Shown in pieces: positions 25,305-38,569 of a stretch of DNA of 64,000 nt. Where the stretch lies: positions 27,778,001-27,842,000 of the forward strand of contig NC_045697.1 of NCBI RefSeq assembly GCF_009834535.1, read 5' to 3'. Under the pieces are notes generated by a model that ran no database searches, was not told the DNA's origin, and saw only the letters and a list, made by a program, of their open reading frames with translations. The DNA comes from Camelus ferus. Taxonomy: Eukaryota. Both the position numbers and the translations under genes were made by a program. How positions within the stretch are numbered: position 1 is the first letter of the stretch; each line of letters begins with the position of its first letter.

Positions 25305-25774
25305 GGTGAGATCCAGCCTCAAAGGTGGCCACTGACGATCCTCGCCTCCTGGTGTTCCTGTCCTTGTGTTGTCCTCACCACACTGAATAGAGCTGATCGA
25401 GGTAACCAAAAGGATGCTGTGGAGATAACAGTGTGTGGCTTCAGAGGACTGATCATAAAGACATTGCAGTTCCTACCTTGCTCTCTCTTGGATTCCTTAC
25501 TTGGGGGGAAACCAGGTGCCATGTGGTGAGAACATTCAAATGGTTCGAATGGTCTGAATAGCCATCGCTGACCTTGCTAACAGCCTACCTACCATGTTGA
25601 AAGTGATGACTGCAGCCCCAGCAAACTCATAAAAAATGACTCCAAGCCATAATCAGTCAGCCAAGCTGCTCTGGAATTCTGACCCGTGAAAACTATGAGA
25701 CTATAATTTTTATTGTGGTTTTAAGCTACTAAGACTTGAAGTCATTTGTTACACAGCAATAGATCACTAATGCA
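25305..25774 (+). mobile_element. MLT1F-like MaLR LTR within L2/MIR fragments
   Basis: gatcctcgcctcctggtgttc...tcataaagacattgcagttcc...ttttaagctactaag...gttacacagcaatagatcactaatgca. Confidence 0.8.
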
Positions 25775-26889
25775 TGGGGTTTTAGATAGGATGGTAAGGA
25801 AAGGTTTCACTGAGCTTCATGGAGTTTGGGTTATTGTGAGGATTAAATAAACAAGGTGTACAAAATGCCTCACATGGGGTCAGGCTTTTAGGACGTGCTC
25901 AGTAAACATCAGCTATGGTTATTTTTATTATTTGTGGTGAAATTACTCTTCACCCAACACCCTCATATTACAGATGAGGACCCTGGGATCTAGGGACTTT
26001 CAGACATTTGTCCATATCGCACAAACCAAGTGTCACCCAGCCCAAGTCTGAGGGCTGGTCTCCTAGCTTCTGCTAGAACCTAAGCCAGACCTCTTTCTTC
26101 TCATACACCCCGTCTCTTCCTTCCTTGCACAAAATCTATTGAAGTGAGAACATGACAAGTCTGCATACAGATTAAGACTCTACTGAGTCAGCTCTGCCAG
26201 CCTTGGTTAACAGAGCAGGGACAGAAAGCAGGAGACGCTACTCAATGCCTCACCCATGAGGGCTCCTCCAGAAAGCAACAGCCATGGCCAGATGAGCATT
26301 TCTGAATTTATGTGAAATGCTCTCTTCTTTGCTAATTGCTACTGGGAACCCAGGAGCTGTTTTTAATATGTTGACACCAATCACCTGAAAGGTTGTGGGG
26401 AGGAGGAAAGAGACAAAGGCAGATTGTCTGCACAGCCCATGTGAGGATCGGTGCCTCAGCCTAAAAGGCCTTAGAGCAGGCTGGCTCCCATATGCTGCTG
26501 TTCTCGTCCTGCTGTGGGGTCACGGACACAGCGTGCTTTTCTCTCTTGGTGGCCACCACACCCATTCTCTCCCTGGGCGTTCTGTCCTCCCCTCCACCCC
26601 ATGACCAGCTGTGGAGTAGCAAATGTCCCACATACCTCCCTCTTTCCTTGTATCCTTCAAAGATAAGCTCACAGGCCCTGCTCATTATGAAGAGTTCACT
26701 GCTAGTCACTATAGAGAAACAGATTAACAGGCAAAGAAAATAACCAAAGCCAGGGAAATCCCAAAGACTACACACAGAATCTTCCAATGTGATCATATCA
26801 CTTCCTTACTTAAAATCTTTGGATCACTCCATATCATCTACAGAAAAAGTCCCAAGTTCTTTAAGGAGGCACACAATGTTCTCCAAGAT

Positions 26890-27100
26890 CTTGCCTGGGT
26901 TCAAATCCCTACTCTGTACTTGGCAGCCATGTGCCCTTGAGCAAGTTACTCATTTCTTTATGCCTCATTTTCTTCTGATGTAAAAAGAGAATAATAATAG
27001 AGGGCTGTTGTGAGAATTAAATGAGTTAACATACATAAAATCTTAGGTCAGTATCTGGCACAGAGTAAAGGTTCAAGAAATGTTATCTATTACTATTACC
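26890..27100 (+). mobile_element. MIR (near full length) followed by a (TGG/TGA)n tract
   Basis: gcctgggttcaaatccc...cttgagcaagttact...gttgtgagaattaaatgagttaa...tggcacagagtaa. Confidence 0.9.
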
Positions 27101-27424
27101 GTGATGATGATGGTGGTGGTGGTGATGGTGATGGTGATGATGGTAAACACCTCTGCAACCTTGTCCATTACTCCCTGTCTTACACTTGCTTGAAGTCCCT
27201 TCACATGTGTTCCCATGCTGCTCATCACCCCCTGGATCTAGACACTCTTTACCCTTCCCCAAGCCTGACTCACATCTCGGTCTTTAGAGAAGATTCTACA
27301 CAAGGAGCCTCCTTTGGGAAGCATTCCATGACCATCTTCTCATCACCCAGGCTGGCTCAGGTGTCTTCTTCTGTGCCCCTCTAACATCCTATGCATACCT
27401 CCATCAAGAATATATGTATGTACA

Positions 27425-27917
27425 TTTTAATTATCTAGAGCTGTGTAACAACAGACTCCAAAATTTAATGGGCTAAAATAACAGCCATTTAATTATTCAC
27501 AATTCTGTAGGTCAAGAATTTCAGCAAAGCTTGGCTGGGTGGTTCTGCTCCATGTGGCATCAGCTGAGGCCATTCACTCAGCTGTATTCATTGAGCCACT
27601 AGACTGAATATAGCCCACGAAGGGTCCACTCACATGCGCAGTGCCCCTGGGCTCCTCTCACACTCTTGCTCCACGTGGCTAGACCACCACAGCATGGTGG
27701 TCTTGGGGTAGACAGGCTCCTTTCATTATGGCTGGCTTCCAAGAAGAAGCATTTTAAGTGGCAAAAGCCAAATCTGTAGATCTCTAAAGGCCCAACCTTG
27801 GAATTTACATGACATTGCTTCCACCATACTCTACTGGTCAAAGTTAGTGACAGGACAAGCTCAAATTCAAGGGAAGGAGTGGAAAGAACTTACAGCCATC
27901 TTGAAGTCACCACCACA
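27425..27917 (-). mobile_element. MLT1H-like MaLR LTR
   Basis: gctgtgtaacaacagactccaaaatttaatgg...cacaattctgtaggtcaagaattt...cttccaccatactctactggtcaaa...ccaccaca. Confidence 0.8.
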
Positions 27918-29309
27918 GGTCTCTCTCCCAGTAAGATTCTGAGGTCTTTGAAGGCAAGGAGAGAATCCTATTAGTCTTGGTACCCTTAGCACCTAATTGG
28001 GAGGAGTGCCTGGTATAGAGAAGGCGCTTAACAAGACATTGTGTGAACTCCCACACAATCACGGGAAGCTCGAGAAGAGGATGAGCTGGCCTTACAAAAC
28101 TCAAAGCAGATCCTCTAGGAGCTGCCAAAGCCTCCCATCCACTACCTCTGCTTCTTGTCAAATCCATCTTCGGTTCATTCCTGGCACAACAAGAAGTACA
28201 AGCAATACCGAAGTCACTGATCAAGCACCAGTGTCTGTAACTGGCTTTAACGTGGAGAAAGGACAGAAGTGAAAGAAGTTAATGTGGCTGGAATGTTCTA
28301 CTTGCCTATCCAAAGGACAGCTAAAATAAGAAATGTGTCTGTGTAAATATTTTCAACCCTCGTGCTATAGGGATCCAGAACACCCTCAAGTTGAAAGACT
28401 TTCAATTCTCCTTATGTGGGGAAACCCTCCCCCCAACCTCATGCAAACAGCAATAACAGCCAGTGGCTAGCCCACGAGGCTCACTCTTAAATTCCCTACA
28501 GAAAGCCCTGTGGTTTTTTGCCTACGGCTCATGGCAGCAGCCTGAGACTACTACAAGAATGCCAACCTTCCAAGACCAGGCGCCTGGGGCAGAGCCATGA
28601 GGCGGTGCGGGTACGGAGGTGAGTCAGCTCAGACCACCAGCAACTGTAAAGAGAATGTCCAGGCCTTATCTGCAGCCAGCACTGGCACAGGCACTTAATT
28701 TTTAATGAGAAAACCACTGAGAGGAAAAAAATTACAACTTTAAAATATCCGAGTGAGCAGGTTTGCTTCTTTGTTCATCTTTGTGGCCCACGACTTCTCC
28801 AGTGGGATAGCTCAGGTTCATTCCTAACCTGGGATCCCAAACAGCTGGAGGCCACTGAGGGGGGCAACCACAGACAGAGCGAGCCCACCTGGCCCTCAAC
28901 AGAGAGGTAGGGAAGCAGATCTTATTCCCTCCCTGTAGCTGGGGACAACTTGGCAGAGGCCTGGCATCCTGCAGAGAATCACTTATACAAGTTAGGAGTG
29001 TTCTGGCTGCTTGATAAAATGACCCATTTAGCAACTCCCTGGAATCCCTGACAGTTAAAGTATTGTCCAAGTCACCACCTTGTCTTCTTATGAGGCAACC
29101 AAGGGTGTAGAAGACACCTCAGGGGCGGGGAAAATACAGACCCCTCTTCTTCACATTATAAGCCGGGTAGAATCCTGGCACCTGTGGGAAGGCAGGCAGG
29201 GGAGGAACCATATTTGATACTCCTCAGGTTACCATGGTCCTTTTTCAGTGCCCTTCTTTCCCCTCAGAAACAGGTTATAAAGTGAAAGACCCACGCCGAA
29301 CATCAGTGT

Positions 29310-29790
29310 TTCCAACCACCAGTATCCAGCGAGCACCTACGACACGTCAGGCCCATTCCAGGCTGGAAGATAGCCAAAGAACCTAAGACAAGGCGTCTGC
29401 TATAGTGGGATCTTCCAACACGCAAATAAAAAGGTGATTTCAGATCATGCTAAGTAACATGAAGAGAATAAACCAGGAATGTGGGCAATGTGATGGAGAA
29501 CCACTTCTTTACATAGAAAACACCTCTCTGAAAAGGTGACATGTGGAGCTAGGCCTTCAGCGATGACCCAGAGAAAGTCATCACCTGGGAGGGAAGAGCC
29601 CTAGTCAGAGGGACAGCAAGCACAGCACCTGGAGACAGAAATGAGCTTGGTGTCTTCGAGGCACAGAATGAAAGCCAATGCAAAAACAAGAAACACAGTG
29701 TGAGAAGACGTGGTGAGACAGACAGGGTCCACATCATGCGGGGACTCAAATATCACAGTAAAGCATTCGGATTTCACTTTACTCCATATT
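29310..29790 (-). mobile_element. L2 fragment
   Basis: gagcacctacgacacgtcaggc...cctctctgaaaaggtgacatgtggagct...gcattcggatttcact. Confidence 0.7.
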
Positions 29791-29865
29791 CTGCCCAAGT
29801 ATTACTACTCCCAGTTCTTAGCGCCACAGTGCTTTACGTATCAGAGACGAGGGTGCTCCAAAGTA

Positions 29866-30032
29866 AGAAGTCTTCAAAGTGTGCTGCCCAGACGGACAAC
29901 ATTGACAGCACTCTGGGAATTTGTTAAAAATGCAAACTGCTGAATCAGAAACTCTGAAGTTGGGGTCCGGCAATCTGTGTTTAGTGAGCCTCCCAGGGGA
30001 TTCCGATGCACAGTAGGTCGAGACGCACCGCT
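29866..30032. mobile_element. MER5A (hAT-Charlie MITE)
   Basis: tcttcaaagtgtg...gggaatttgttaaaaatgcaaa...ctgaatcagaaactctg...gcaatctgtgttta...ggggattccgatgcac. Confidence 0.9.
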
Positions 30033-30539
30033 CTGGAGAAAACAACTTTCTAAACTGCCGAAACTTCCTAAAGTGCAACACATTGTTAAAGAAGGAAATG
30101 TGCGTGGTATGTTTTAGTGTGGTTCCTATCTTCAAAAAAATTGAAATGGAACAATACACGACCTTTTCTCTACAATTCATGATCCTCAGTGTGTGGACTC
30201 TGACACAGTCATATTCTTTGGGTCTAGGAAAGCTGATAAAGCTACTTGTTCCCATACTTATTGGCCCAAGATGGCTATTCTTTGTGAGTTTTTGTGCTTG
30301 GTTTTATAGCTGATCTATGGCTTTCTTTGTTCTTAAGCACTGGTTTTGCTTAATAGTAGGAGAACAATGAAATAAGAAATAGACGTACCAAACACAAGCC
30401 CAAATTTTTATTAGGTTCATGAGACATAAAATTACTCTGCCAGTTACCACAAAGCCTTCAAAATTCTTACTTTCAGTTTTTGTACTTGTCTTCTCTCAGA
30501 CCATGGAAGTGTCATGAAAGATTGATGGAAAATTTTATG

Positions 30540-30873
30540 CATGTTTAACTGAAGTTCTGGAGGGTGAACACAGAGATAATGGAACAGAAATAGGACCTGA
30601 AGAATTAATAGTGGAGACTTTTCCAAAACTAAATATATCAGTTGACAGATCTAAGAAACCCAAAACTGGAATCAAAGGAAAACCTAGGTAAAGTTTTAAA
30701 GTAAAACTGCTAAAGACCATAAACAAAGAAAATATCTTAAAAGCAGTCAGAGGAAAAAGATTGCCATCAAAGGAGCAATAATTAAACTGACAGCTAATTT
30801 CTCAACAGCAACATTGGAAGCCAAAAGACAATTGAATAACAGCTTCAAAGTACTGAAAGAAAATAACTGTCAA
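30540..30873 (+). mobile_element. Ancient L1 ORF1 fossil
   Basis: Degenerate translation KENILKAVRGK...IKLTANFSTATLEAKRQLNNSFKVLKENNCQ resembles the L1 ORF1p C-terminus. Confidence 0.75.
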
Positions 30874-30938
30874 TTTTCACACCACTGTAAAGTCAAAAAA
30901 CCATTAAGTCAAACCATCATCAGTCAGGAACCATCTAT
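30874..30938. mobile_element. Tigger2/MER8-like terminal fragment
   Basis: tttcacaccactgtaaagtcaaaaaaccattaagtcaaaccatcatcagtcaggaaccatcta. Confidence 0.65.
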
Positions 30939-30964
30939 ATACTTATTACATTGTACTTATTAAA

Positions 30965-31260
30965 TCAAATGCTCAACCTCATTAATGATCAGATAAATGC
31001 AATTGATACCTCAGTAAGATTCTACTACAAACCCACCAGAATGGCTAAAATTGAAATGACTGATGACACCAAATGTTGATGAGGATAATCAGCACATATA
31101 CTGTTGGTAGAAATGTAAACTGGCACAATCACTTTGAAAAACTACTTGTGATATTTACTCAGCCGGGATATATATATATATATATATATATGCATTCTGT
31201 AAAGTCCAGGAAGTCCACTTCTAGGTTTATATTCACTAGAAATGCATATACTTTTACATC
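30965..31260 (+). mobile_element. L1ME ORF2 3' fragment
   Basis: aatgctcaacctcatt...cccaccagaatggctaaaatt...gtaaactggcacaatcactttgaaaa. Confidence 0.8.
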
Positions 31261-32489
31261 CTGAAGGAGAGATATAGTGCCTTATGATTCTGAGGGTACA
31301 CAGTGGGGACAGAATCTTTGAAGAGATTATGAAGTTACAAGATGCTTTTTCTCTGCTCTTGTGAGACTTTGAATAGAAAAGCTTTGTAACTGAATGCGTT
31401 AGAAGTGCTTGGTCATCTGAGAGCCTCTAAGGTACGGGTCAGCACTCTGAATATTGGGTCTAAATTCAAAATCCTGCTTTTTAAAATTTTCTAGCTGTGT
31501 GAATCAACTTCCCTGGGTCTCATTTATAACATGGAAATGATATAAAGCTGAAGTTAAAAAATCAAGGTACTAACTAATGCACATGTTAATACACTTTTCC
31601 CTTCTCCCAAGGCAAGTACAGCGAAAAGGAAGTAGGATTTGCCCAAAAGTTTGGACTTTTAGGCAAGAAGGTGTCAAGCAATCTATGAGAGTACAACAGG
31701 TATAAAAACAGAGAAGATATTTAAAAATCTGGAATTGGAAGACCAGAGGAGATGGGTCTCAAAGAACAGATTAAGAAATTATGTATAGATGCAGAGAACA
31801 GTAAGGAAGGTGGACTTCATAGTCCTCGGAGCTACCCAAGCAGCATCCTTTAAATGCTCCCTGACCAGCAATTGTGGTCAAGTGGCTCTAGAAATGAGGA
31901 ATGGCAGTGTGCCAAGACAAGAAACTAGACAAGATACTAACTCCTCCTCTGTGTGCACACACACCAGTCAATTGTGTTTCTTATTTCATCTGGACTCCCA
32001 CAGCACCCTGTTGGTTCCTCTCTTCTAGCACGTGTAAGGTGATAAACGGGAAGTCACATTTCTGTCCACTTCCCATACGCTCTGAATTTCTGAAAAATAA
32101 AGACAGGTTTGTCTTTGAACCAAAGCACCTAGCAGAGTAACTGACTACCATACGAGATGCCCAATAAATGTTGAATTAATGAATAAACAAATGAAAGAAT
32201 GATGTGTTTTCACTTGCAAGAATCTGAGTTCTGGAACTTCCGAGGCCCCTATGAAAACGCACCAAATGGAGCACACTGAGCCTCCTCCCCATGGTCTCTT
32301 CCAGCCTCGTTCACGTTTTGCTGCCACCAACTTCTTCCCAGTCCTGCAGGTAGGAGCCTAGAGCCTGAGGGGGAATATTCCTTGACATCTCTTATTTCAT
32401 CCAAAATATCCCATTAGTTGACTGACATTTACCTGAACGTCGCTTCTGTTTTCTTCTCCATTCTGGGTGAGACTGGATTCCTGACAGTG

Positions 32490-33880
32490 ACTCTGGCAAA
32501 GCGATGCTGCCTTCCTCAAGCTCTGCCCTCCCTCCGTTCACTGCTTCTGGACCAATAACTGGGATTAGGTCTCAACGTAGCCCAGGTGGAGGAGTACAGC
32601 ACCTGAGCCAGAAGGAAACGTCTTATCCTCAGAAAGAGCTGCAGGACTTGGCGAAGATGTATCCGCATGAACTGGGGGTCACACGTGGGAGTGAGTTCAA
32701 GGATGATTAACAGGAGAGGGAGGAGTGGAGCAGAGTACAAGGTGAGGGAGGGGTTGTTGACTTGGGAACCCCCATAGAGTTAGGACTAGCACGTTTCTGA
32801 ATGGCTCCTTGAAGCTTGGACATGGTGATGCCTCATGGTAAACTACAGGGAGAGGGAACAGTACCGTGACAGAAGATTGAGGAAGGGGTTAGAATGCTCA
32901 GGGAATCAGAAATGTTAGAACAAATTTATGTAAGACTTGTGCTTCCTTGGAGGGTTCGGAGGACATTCCCCGCATCAGGCCATAAGGAATACGTCAGCGA
33001 GGGGCAACAGCATCTCTGAGAAGCTTAGAGATGACTGTCCGCCATAGGCCAGGGTGAGACTAGGTGACTCTGCCGTAGAACTGGGCTCCCTCGTCTCAGT
33101 GGGAGTGATGGGATTTCAGAGTAACAGAGGCCAGAGATCAGGGCTTAACCATCAGAGACAAGATGGACACAAACCGCAACAGGCAACAAGGCTAGCGGGA
33201 CAAGCAGAGTGCCTCCACCCACAAAGGTTTTGATGGTGGCTAATGGACCATGGTGTTCCTGGGAGCGGGATCCATGACCAGCCAACAAAGGTATTGCATG
33301 ACTTGTACAACAAGAAAAAAAAGTCAAGAGCTATCAAGGAGAATGCTGATCTGCCCACAATTTCCAGATCTGAGCTAGTTCTCAGACCCCAAACCTGGGT
33401 CTCCTTGAGACAGGATCCGGCAATGTCCCCCACATTAGTGAAGTTCTCAGGGGCTCAGTGATCGAGGCATGTCAGGACATCCCCTGTCAGATAAAGAACA
33501 AGTTATGACACTTTGGGCTTACTCCTACTAGAAGGAAACTGGATGCCTGTAAGTCCCTTTGGGTTTTGGAGAAACATAATATATAACAGGGAATACCGCT
33601 CCAACCTATGTATTTTGTGATGTAAGACATTCGTAGTTTGGAGTGGGGCCCAGAGCAAGAAGGGGGTCTGCAGAGCTCCAGGCTGTCATGCAAGGTGCTG
33701 TTGGCTCATATGACCTGGCAGATGCAACGATGCTAGAGGTATCTGTGACAGATAGGTAGAGCCTTCGGCAAGCCCCAAGAAGAGAGTCACGGGCTAGACT
33801 CCCAGGGTTCTCCTGGAGCTGCTTTCTTGAGAAGAGAACAATCTCTTTGAAAAGCAGCTCCTGGCATGCCCTGGAGCCGT
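32490..33880 (+). mobile_element. ERVL-class internal fossil: gag fused by deletion to the RT-thumb/connection region
   Basis: gag-like ASGPITGIRSQRSPGGGVQ..SYPQKELQDLAKMY and WLMDHGVPGSGIHDQPTKVLHDLYNKK; pol-like VKF.G.Q, EWGPEQE and FEKQLLAC; many stops and frameshifts. Confidence 0.85.
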
Positions 33881-33889
33881 GTGAGGGGC

Positions 33890-35265
33890 TGACGTTTCTC
33901 TCCCTCCTGCCACTGCCTCAATTTTTTGTTGTTGTTCCTGCTTCCCTTCTAATAAATACTGAAACAATTGAAAAAATTGTCTACATCTTTACCACCTCCA
34001 CTTACTCTTTTTCCACCCCATTTTGAAACTACTCCAAATCAGGTTTTCATCCCCACAATTTCACTAAAACTGCTTTTCGTGAAACTCACCAAGGACTTCC
34101 ATGCTGCAAATCCCATGACTAATTTCAAGTCCTCTTCACACTTGATCTCTCAGCTGCATCTGACCCGTATGGACACACCCTCTTTAAAATAGCTTCTCCC
34201 ATTGTTTCCTGAGCCTTTACTCTCTCTGTCTTCCTGTCTCTCTGGTTCCTCGTCAGCACCTTGGCTGGTTTTTCTCATACCCCTAACCACTAATGCCGGA
34301 GGCGCCAAGGCTCAGTCCCAGGTTGCCTTCCGTTCCACCTGTACTCTCTCTCCCTAGGTGACCTTATCCCATCATTGCTTTAATTTTTTACATGCTTCCC
34401 ACTCCCAGATGTATACCTCTAACCCATCGTCTCCCCTGAACTCCAGGCGCAAGTAGCCAACAGTCTGTTAGACTTCTCTACTAGGCATCTGATAGACTTA
34501 ACAATTCCAAAACCAGCTTCTGGCTCCCCATCTCCAAACCTGCTCCTCCACCAGCCTTTCCCACCTTAGGAAACGACAGCTCTAGTATTCCAGCTGCTCA
34601 GCCCCCAAACCTTGACTCATCTTTGGTTTTTTTCTCTCCAAGCTCACATGCCATTCATCAGAAAATCTTGCCACTTACTCCTTCAAAATATTTAGAATCT
34701 GGTAAATCCTTAGTCTAAGCTACCACCATCTCTTGCTTAGATTACTGTATCCTGTTTTCATGTTTCCATCGTTGCCCTCTTCAATTCATTTTAAAAGCAG
34801 AGTGAACCTGTCCCACATCTACTGAGAACCCTCCACAAGCTTCCCATCTCCTTTGGAGTAAAATCTAAAGTCCTGACAGTGACCCACCAAGCCCCACATG
34901 GTCTGCACCGCCTCTGCCTCCAGATCCCCTCTGACCTCACCTCCCACCACTTACCCTGCGCCCTTTGGACACCCCTTTTGTCTTGGACTTGCTGCCTCAG
35001 TTGGCCTCAGGGCTCACTTCCTCACTTCTGCTCCAACCACACTAGCTCAGAGACACTGCCCGCTCTACCTCCTGCCCTCTTTATTTCTCTTCCTAGCATG
35101 TCTCTCTACTTGATGTATTAACTAACATATTAATTTTATTGCCTGGCCCAAGCCAGGAGATTGTAAGTTCTGGCAGAGCAATACCTTGTTTGATTTCTGT
35201 GTCGCCAGCCCTTAGAATAGTGGCTGGAATAAGATAAATGCTCAATGGATTTGTGTTGAGTGCGT
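33890..35265 (+). mobile_element. Long L2a fragment including its 3' end
   Basis: ccaaggacttccatgctgcaaatccca...ccaagggctcagtcc...tctcccctgaactccag...tagaatagtggctgg...atgctcaatggatttgtgttgagtg. Confidence 0.85.
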
Positions 35266-35338
35266 GAACAGATAGCAGGTCCTTTGTTAACCCTAGGGTA
35301 TAGGAGGAGAAATGTAGATTTAAAAATGCTTAAGACCT

Positions 35339-35855
35339 GTATACACAATGGGATATTACTCAGCCATAAAAAAGAATGAAATCTTGCCATTTGGGACAAT
35401 GTGGATGAACATAGAGGGTATTGTGCTGAGTGAAATAAGTCAGACAGAGAAAGACAAATACAGTATGATTTCATTTACATGTGGAATCTAAAAAGTGAAA
35501 CAAACAAAACAAAACAGATACAGTCTCATAGATCCAGAGAAATTGAGGGTCATCAGAGCAGAGGGTATGGCAAAATAGGGGATCCAGAAGTACATACTTC
35601 CAGTCATAAAATAAATAAGTCACGGAGATGTAATGTCCAGCACAGGGAATATAGTCAATAACATTATAATAACTTCATATGGTGACAGATGGTTGCTAGA
35701 CTTAAGTGGCAGTCAGTTTGTAATGTATAGAAATGTCAAATCACTATGCTGTACGCCTGAAACTAACATAAACAACCTCACTCCAATTTAAAAATTAAAA
35801 GGAAAAACATTAAAAATTCAAAAATAGAAGTTACAAAATTATTTTTTAAAAAAAG
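35339..35855 (+). mobile_element. 5'-truncated L1 3' end (L1MA-like)
   Basis: tactcagccataaaaaagaatgaaatcttgccattt...gagtgaaataagtcagacagagaaagacaaatac; 17-bp TSD with 2 mismatches at 35322-35338 and 35856-35872. Confidence 0.9.
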
Positions 35856-37894
35856 AAAAATGATGAAGACCTTTGAAAGCTCCCAGCTGGGCACCCTTCC
35901 CCATAGCACGGGGTATATACCTTCGCAGGCCACAACAAATAGTTTTAACCAGAAAAACGTACTCAGGCAGACCGAATCACTGGCTTTATTGTTTTTGCTG
36001 GTCTGAATTTGGGATATTACCTTATTTGGGAGATTTGACACAGATCCATTTGCTATAGCAAATCCAGATGTAAACACCCGAATCTGCATATATTTTCTTC
36101 TCTCCTGTGAATGGGACAGTTCCACGCGGCCAGGTCTGGTCTTTCAGACAGACAGCAAGAGTTTCCTAGATGCCTGAGTGACACCATCCACCCCACTCAA
36201 GAGTTCTCCCTGCCCTGCTTCAGCGGAACCTGAAATTACACAATTTACAATTCATTGACCTCTGAAAAAACAAGTCTTGCCCCAAGGAAAGCTGCAAACA
36301 AAAGCTTCCAGAGCCAGATTCCTTGTTGACACTGGTCTCTGGTTACACCCCAGGCAGAAAAAGGGAGGAAATTCAGTCTTCAAAGCCAGTGCACCCCTAC
36401 TTTTGTCTGTCCCCGGCAGAATCCCTTCCCCCACTCCATCCTCCTCACGAGGACACACTGGGAGTTCAGAAACACCAACGCTGCTGGGGCGGGGGTGGGG
36501 GCGCATTTTCAGGTTACACAGTGTGTATGTCCAAAGTAACTTACAGGTCCTGTCTCATGTTACTCGCCTTGGCGAGGACTTAAAGCCTTAAACAGTTCCT
36601 CTCAAGTATGCCCTGTTGTGAATCCCCTTTCCTGTTCAAAACCCTTTACCCCAGGAGCCATCTTTCAGAAGCATCTGCCACTCCCAGCACACCCTCTTTC
36701 AGCCTCCTCACAGAGCAGAGGCTTCTCCTGATGGCCCAGGCCTGCCCCAGAGGGGAAAGGCCACAAGGCTGACATCTCACGAGCGATTAATTTTTCCCCA
36801 GAATTCCAGAGAGACCTTTCCTCAGACCCTCCGCAGTCCTGGGTTGTGCGTGTCCTGTCTTTTCGGGCCTGGGTCTGAGGCCTGGACGAAGCACGGCCCC
36901 TCCACACACCACCAGCAGATTTCACTCATCCACCCCGACACCTGTCCTCCTGGCCTCACCGCCCTTCTCAACACAATGTTCCAGAGCCCTGGACGAGGGG
37001 TAAGATGTAGCGGCACTGTCACTCCCCGCTGGGGCTGCTTGGTCCATCTATGCGAACCAGATGCATGATGCTTACAGAGGCAAAGACTGAGGCCCAGACG
37101 TAGAGGCCAATGTGCTGAAGGGCAAGGAGTCTGCTAGGTTCAGAGGTCGGTCAGTAACCCCTGACTTACAGACCCAGACCAGGCTCCTCCTGGGGCACCA
37201 GCCTCTTCACTTACATTCTTCGGAGTTTATCCCTCCCTATTCCTCTCTCTTGTGCCACTTTTAAATCTTCCTTAAGGAGTTATTTCTTCCAGTTATTTCT
37301 TTCCATCCAAACCCAGACCACAGGCGCTTCTCACTAACTTCCCCTTTGTTCTACTGAAAAGCTCAGCTCTGTTCCCCTGGCATCCTCAGCTCACTGGCAG
37401 GGTTCAGACCATCCACTGCTCCCCTCTTGCCTCCATACACATTCTACTGTAAAGGACTCTGGAGTTTTTAAGGCATGTTTATGTACAGCACCTCACTGAT
37501 GACCAGAAAACATCTTGTGAAGTTGTCTGGGAAAATGGGTTGTTTTCTTCATTTTTATAGATGCAGAGGTTGAGATGCCAGGTAAGGGGCTTGTCCCCGG
37601 TGACCCAGTGGATGAGTCACAGAGTCCAGGGGTAAGGACTTCATTCCCCACCTCTGCTTCTAAGGGTCCCACATGGTCAGTCTCATCTCCCTCCACTGAG
37701 TGGTTCCCAGGACACCATCCTCACCAACTTTCTCCTCTACACATTCATTCCCTTGGACTCTGTCATCTGTCAACTTCCACGTTTCCAAATGTATACATTT
37801 CTGTTTTTCTCCCCAGACATCGTCATACTTGGATGGCACCTCAAGAGCCCTACACCTAAGTAAGCCTGTCTCACTTACTGTCACGTGCTGTCAG

Positions 37895-38110
37895 AGCTTA
37901 AGAGTTAAGAGTCTGAAATCAGACAGACCCTTATCCACATCCTGGCTCTGCCTCTTACCTGCAGTGTGACATTAGTCAAGTTATTTAACCTCTGAGAGCC
38001 TCGGTCTCTTCATCTGTACATTGAGAGTATGACTATTTCATGGGGCCAGTGTGGGGATTAAATAAGGATATGATGGCCCACGGTAAGCACTCGGTTAAAC
38101 AGTAACTAGC
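37895..38110 (+). mobile_element. MIR
   Basis: gttaagagtctgaaatcagacaga...caagttatttaacctctgagagcctcggtctcttcatctgta. Confidence 0.85.
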
Positions 38111-38569
38111 ATCTTCACCATCATCACCAATATCTCCTACCTGGGATGGTGGTGGTGGTGGTGGTCTCCTAACCATTCTCTTGCCCCCAGGCATACCACC
38201 CCAACTCCCTTACACCCCCATTACCCCCTCCCCAATCCAGGCTATCTACAGTTTATCTTCCACAAACGCACGTGCCCAGAAGAAAAATTAAGGAAATTTT
38301 AGGGAAATTTTTCTTCTGTACAAAAATAAGCAAAGGAATAAAAATTAATTTTTAAAAATTGGAATTTTACTACATAGTCCCACTCCTCACCTCCCCCACC
38401 CCCCCAAAAAAAGTCCATTTCCAAATTCTGACCAGATTTTCACTAAGAAACATATCACTCCCTGGATAAAAGTGAAACAATCTCCCACCACACCTGCAGG
38501 AAACAGACTGGACTCTGACTCGGCCAAGCCGCTCAGTGTTCCTCAAACAGCAGATCCTTTCTGAAAAGG

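Noticed and set aside
32504..33461. Domesticated gag gene
   Set aside because: Only short fragments broken by stops and frameshifts
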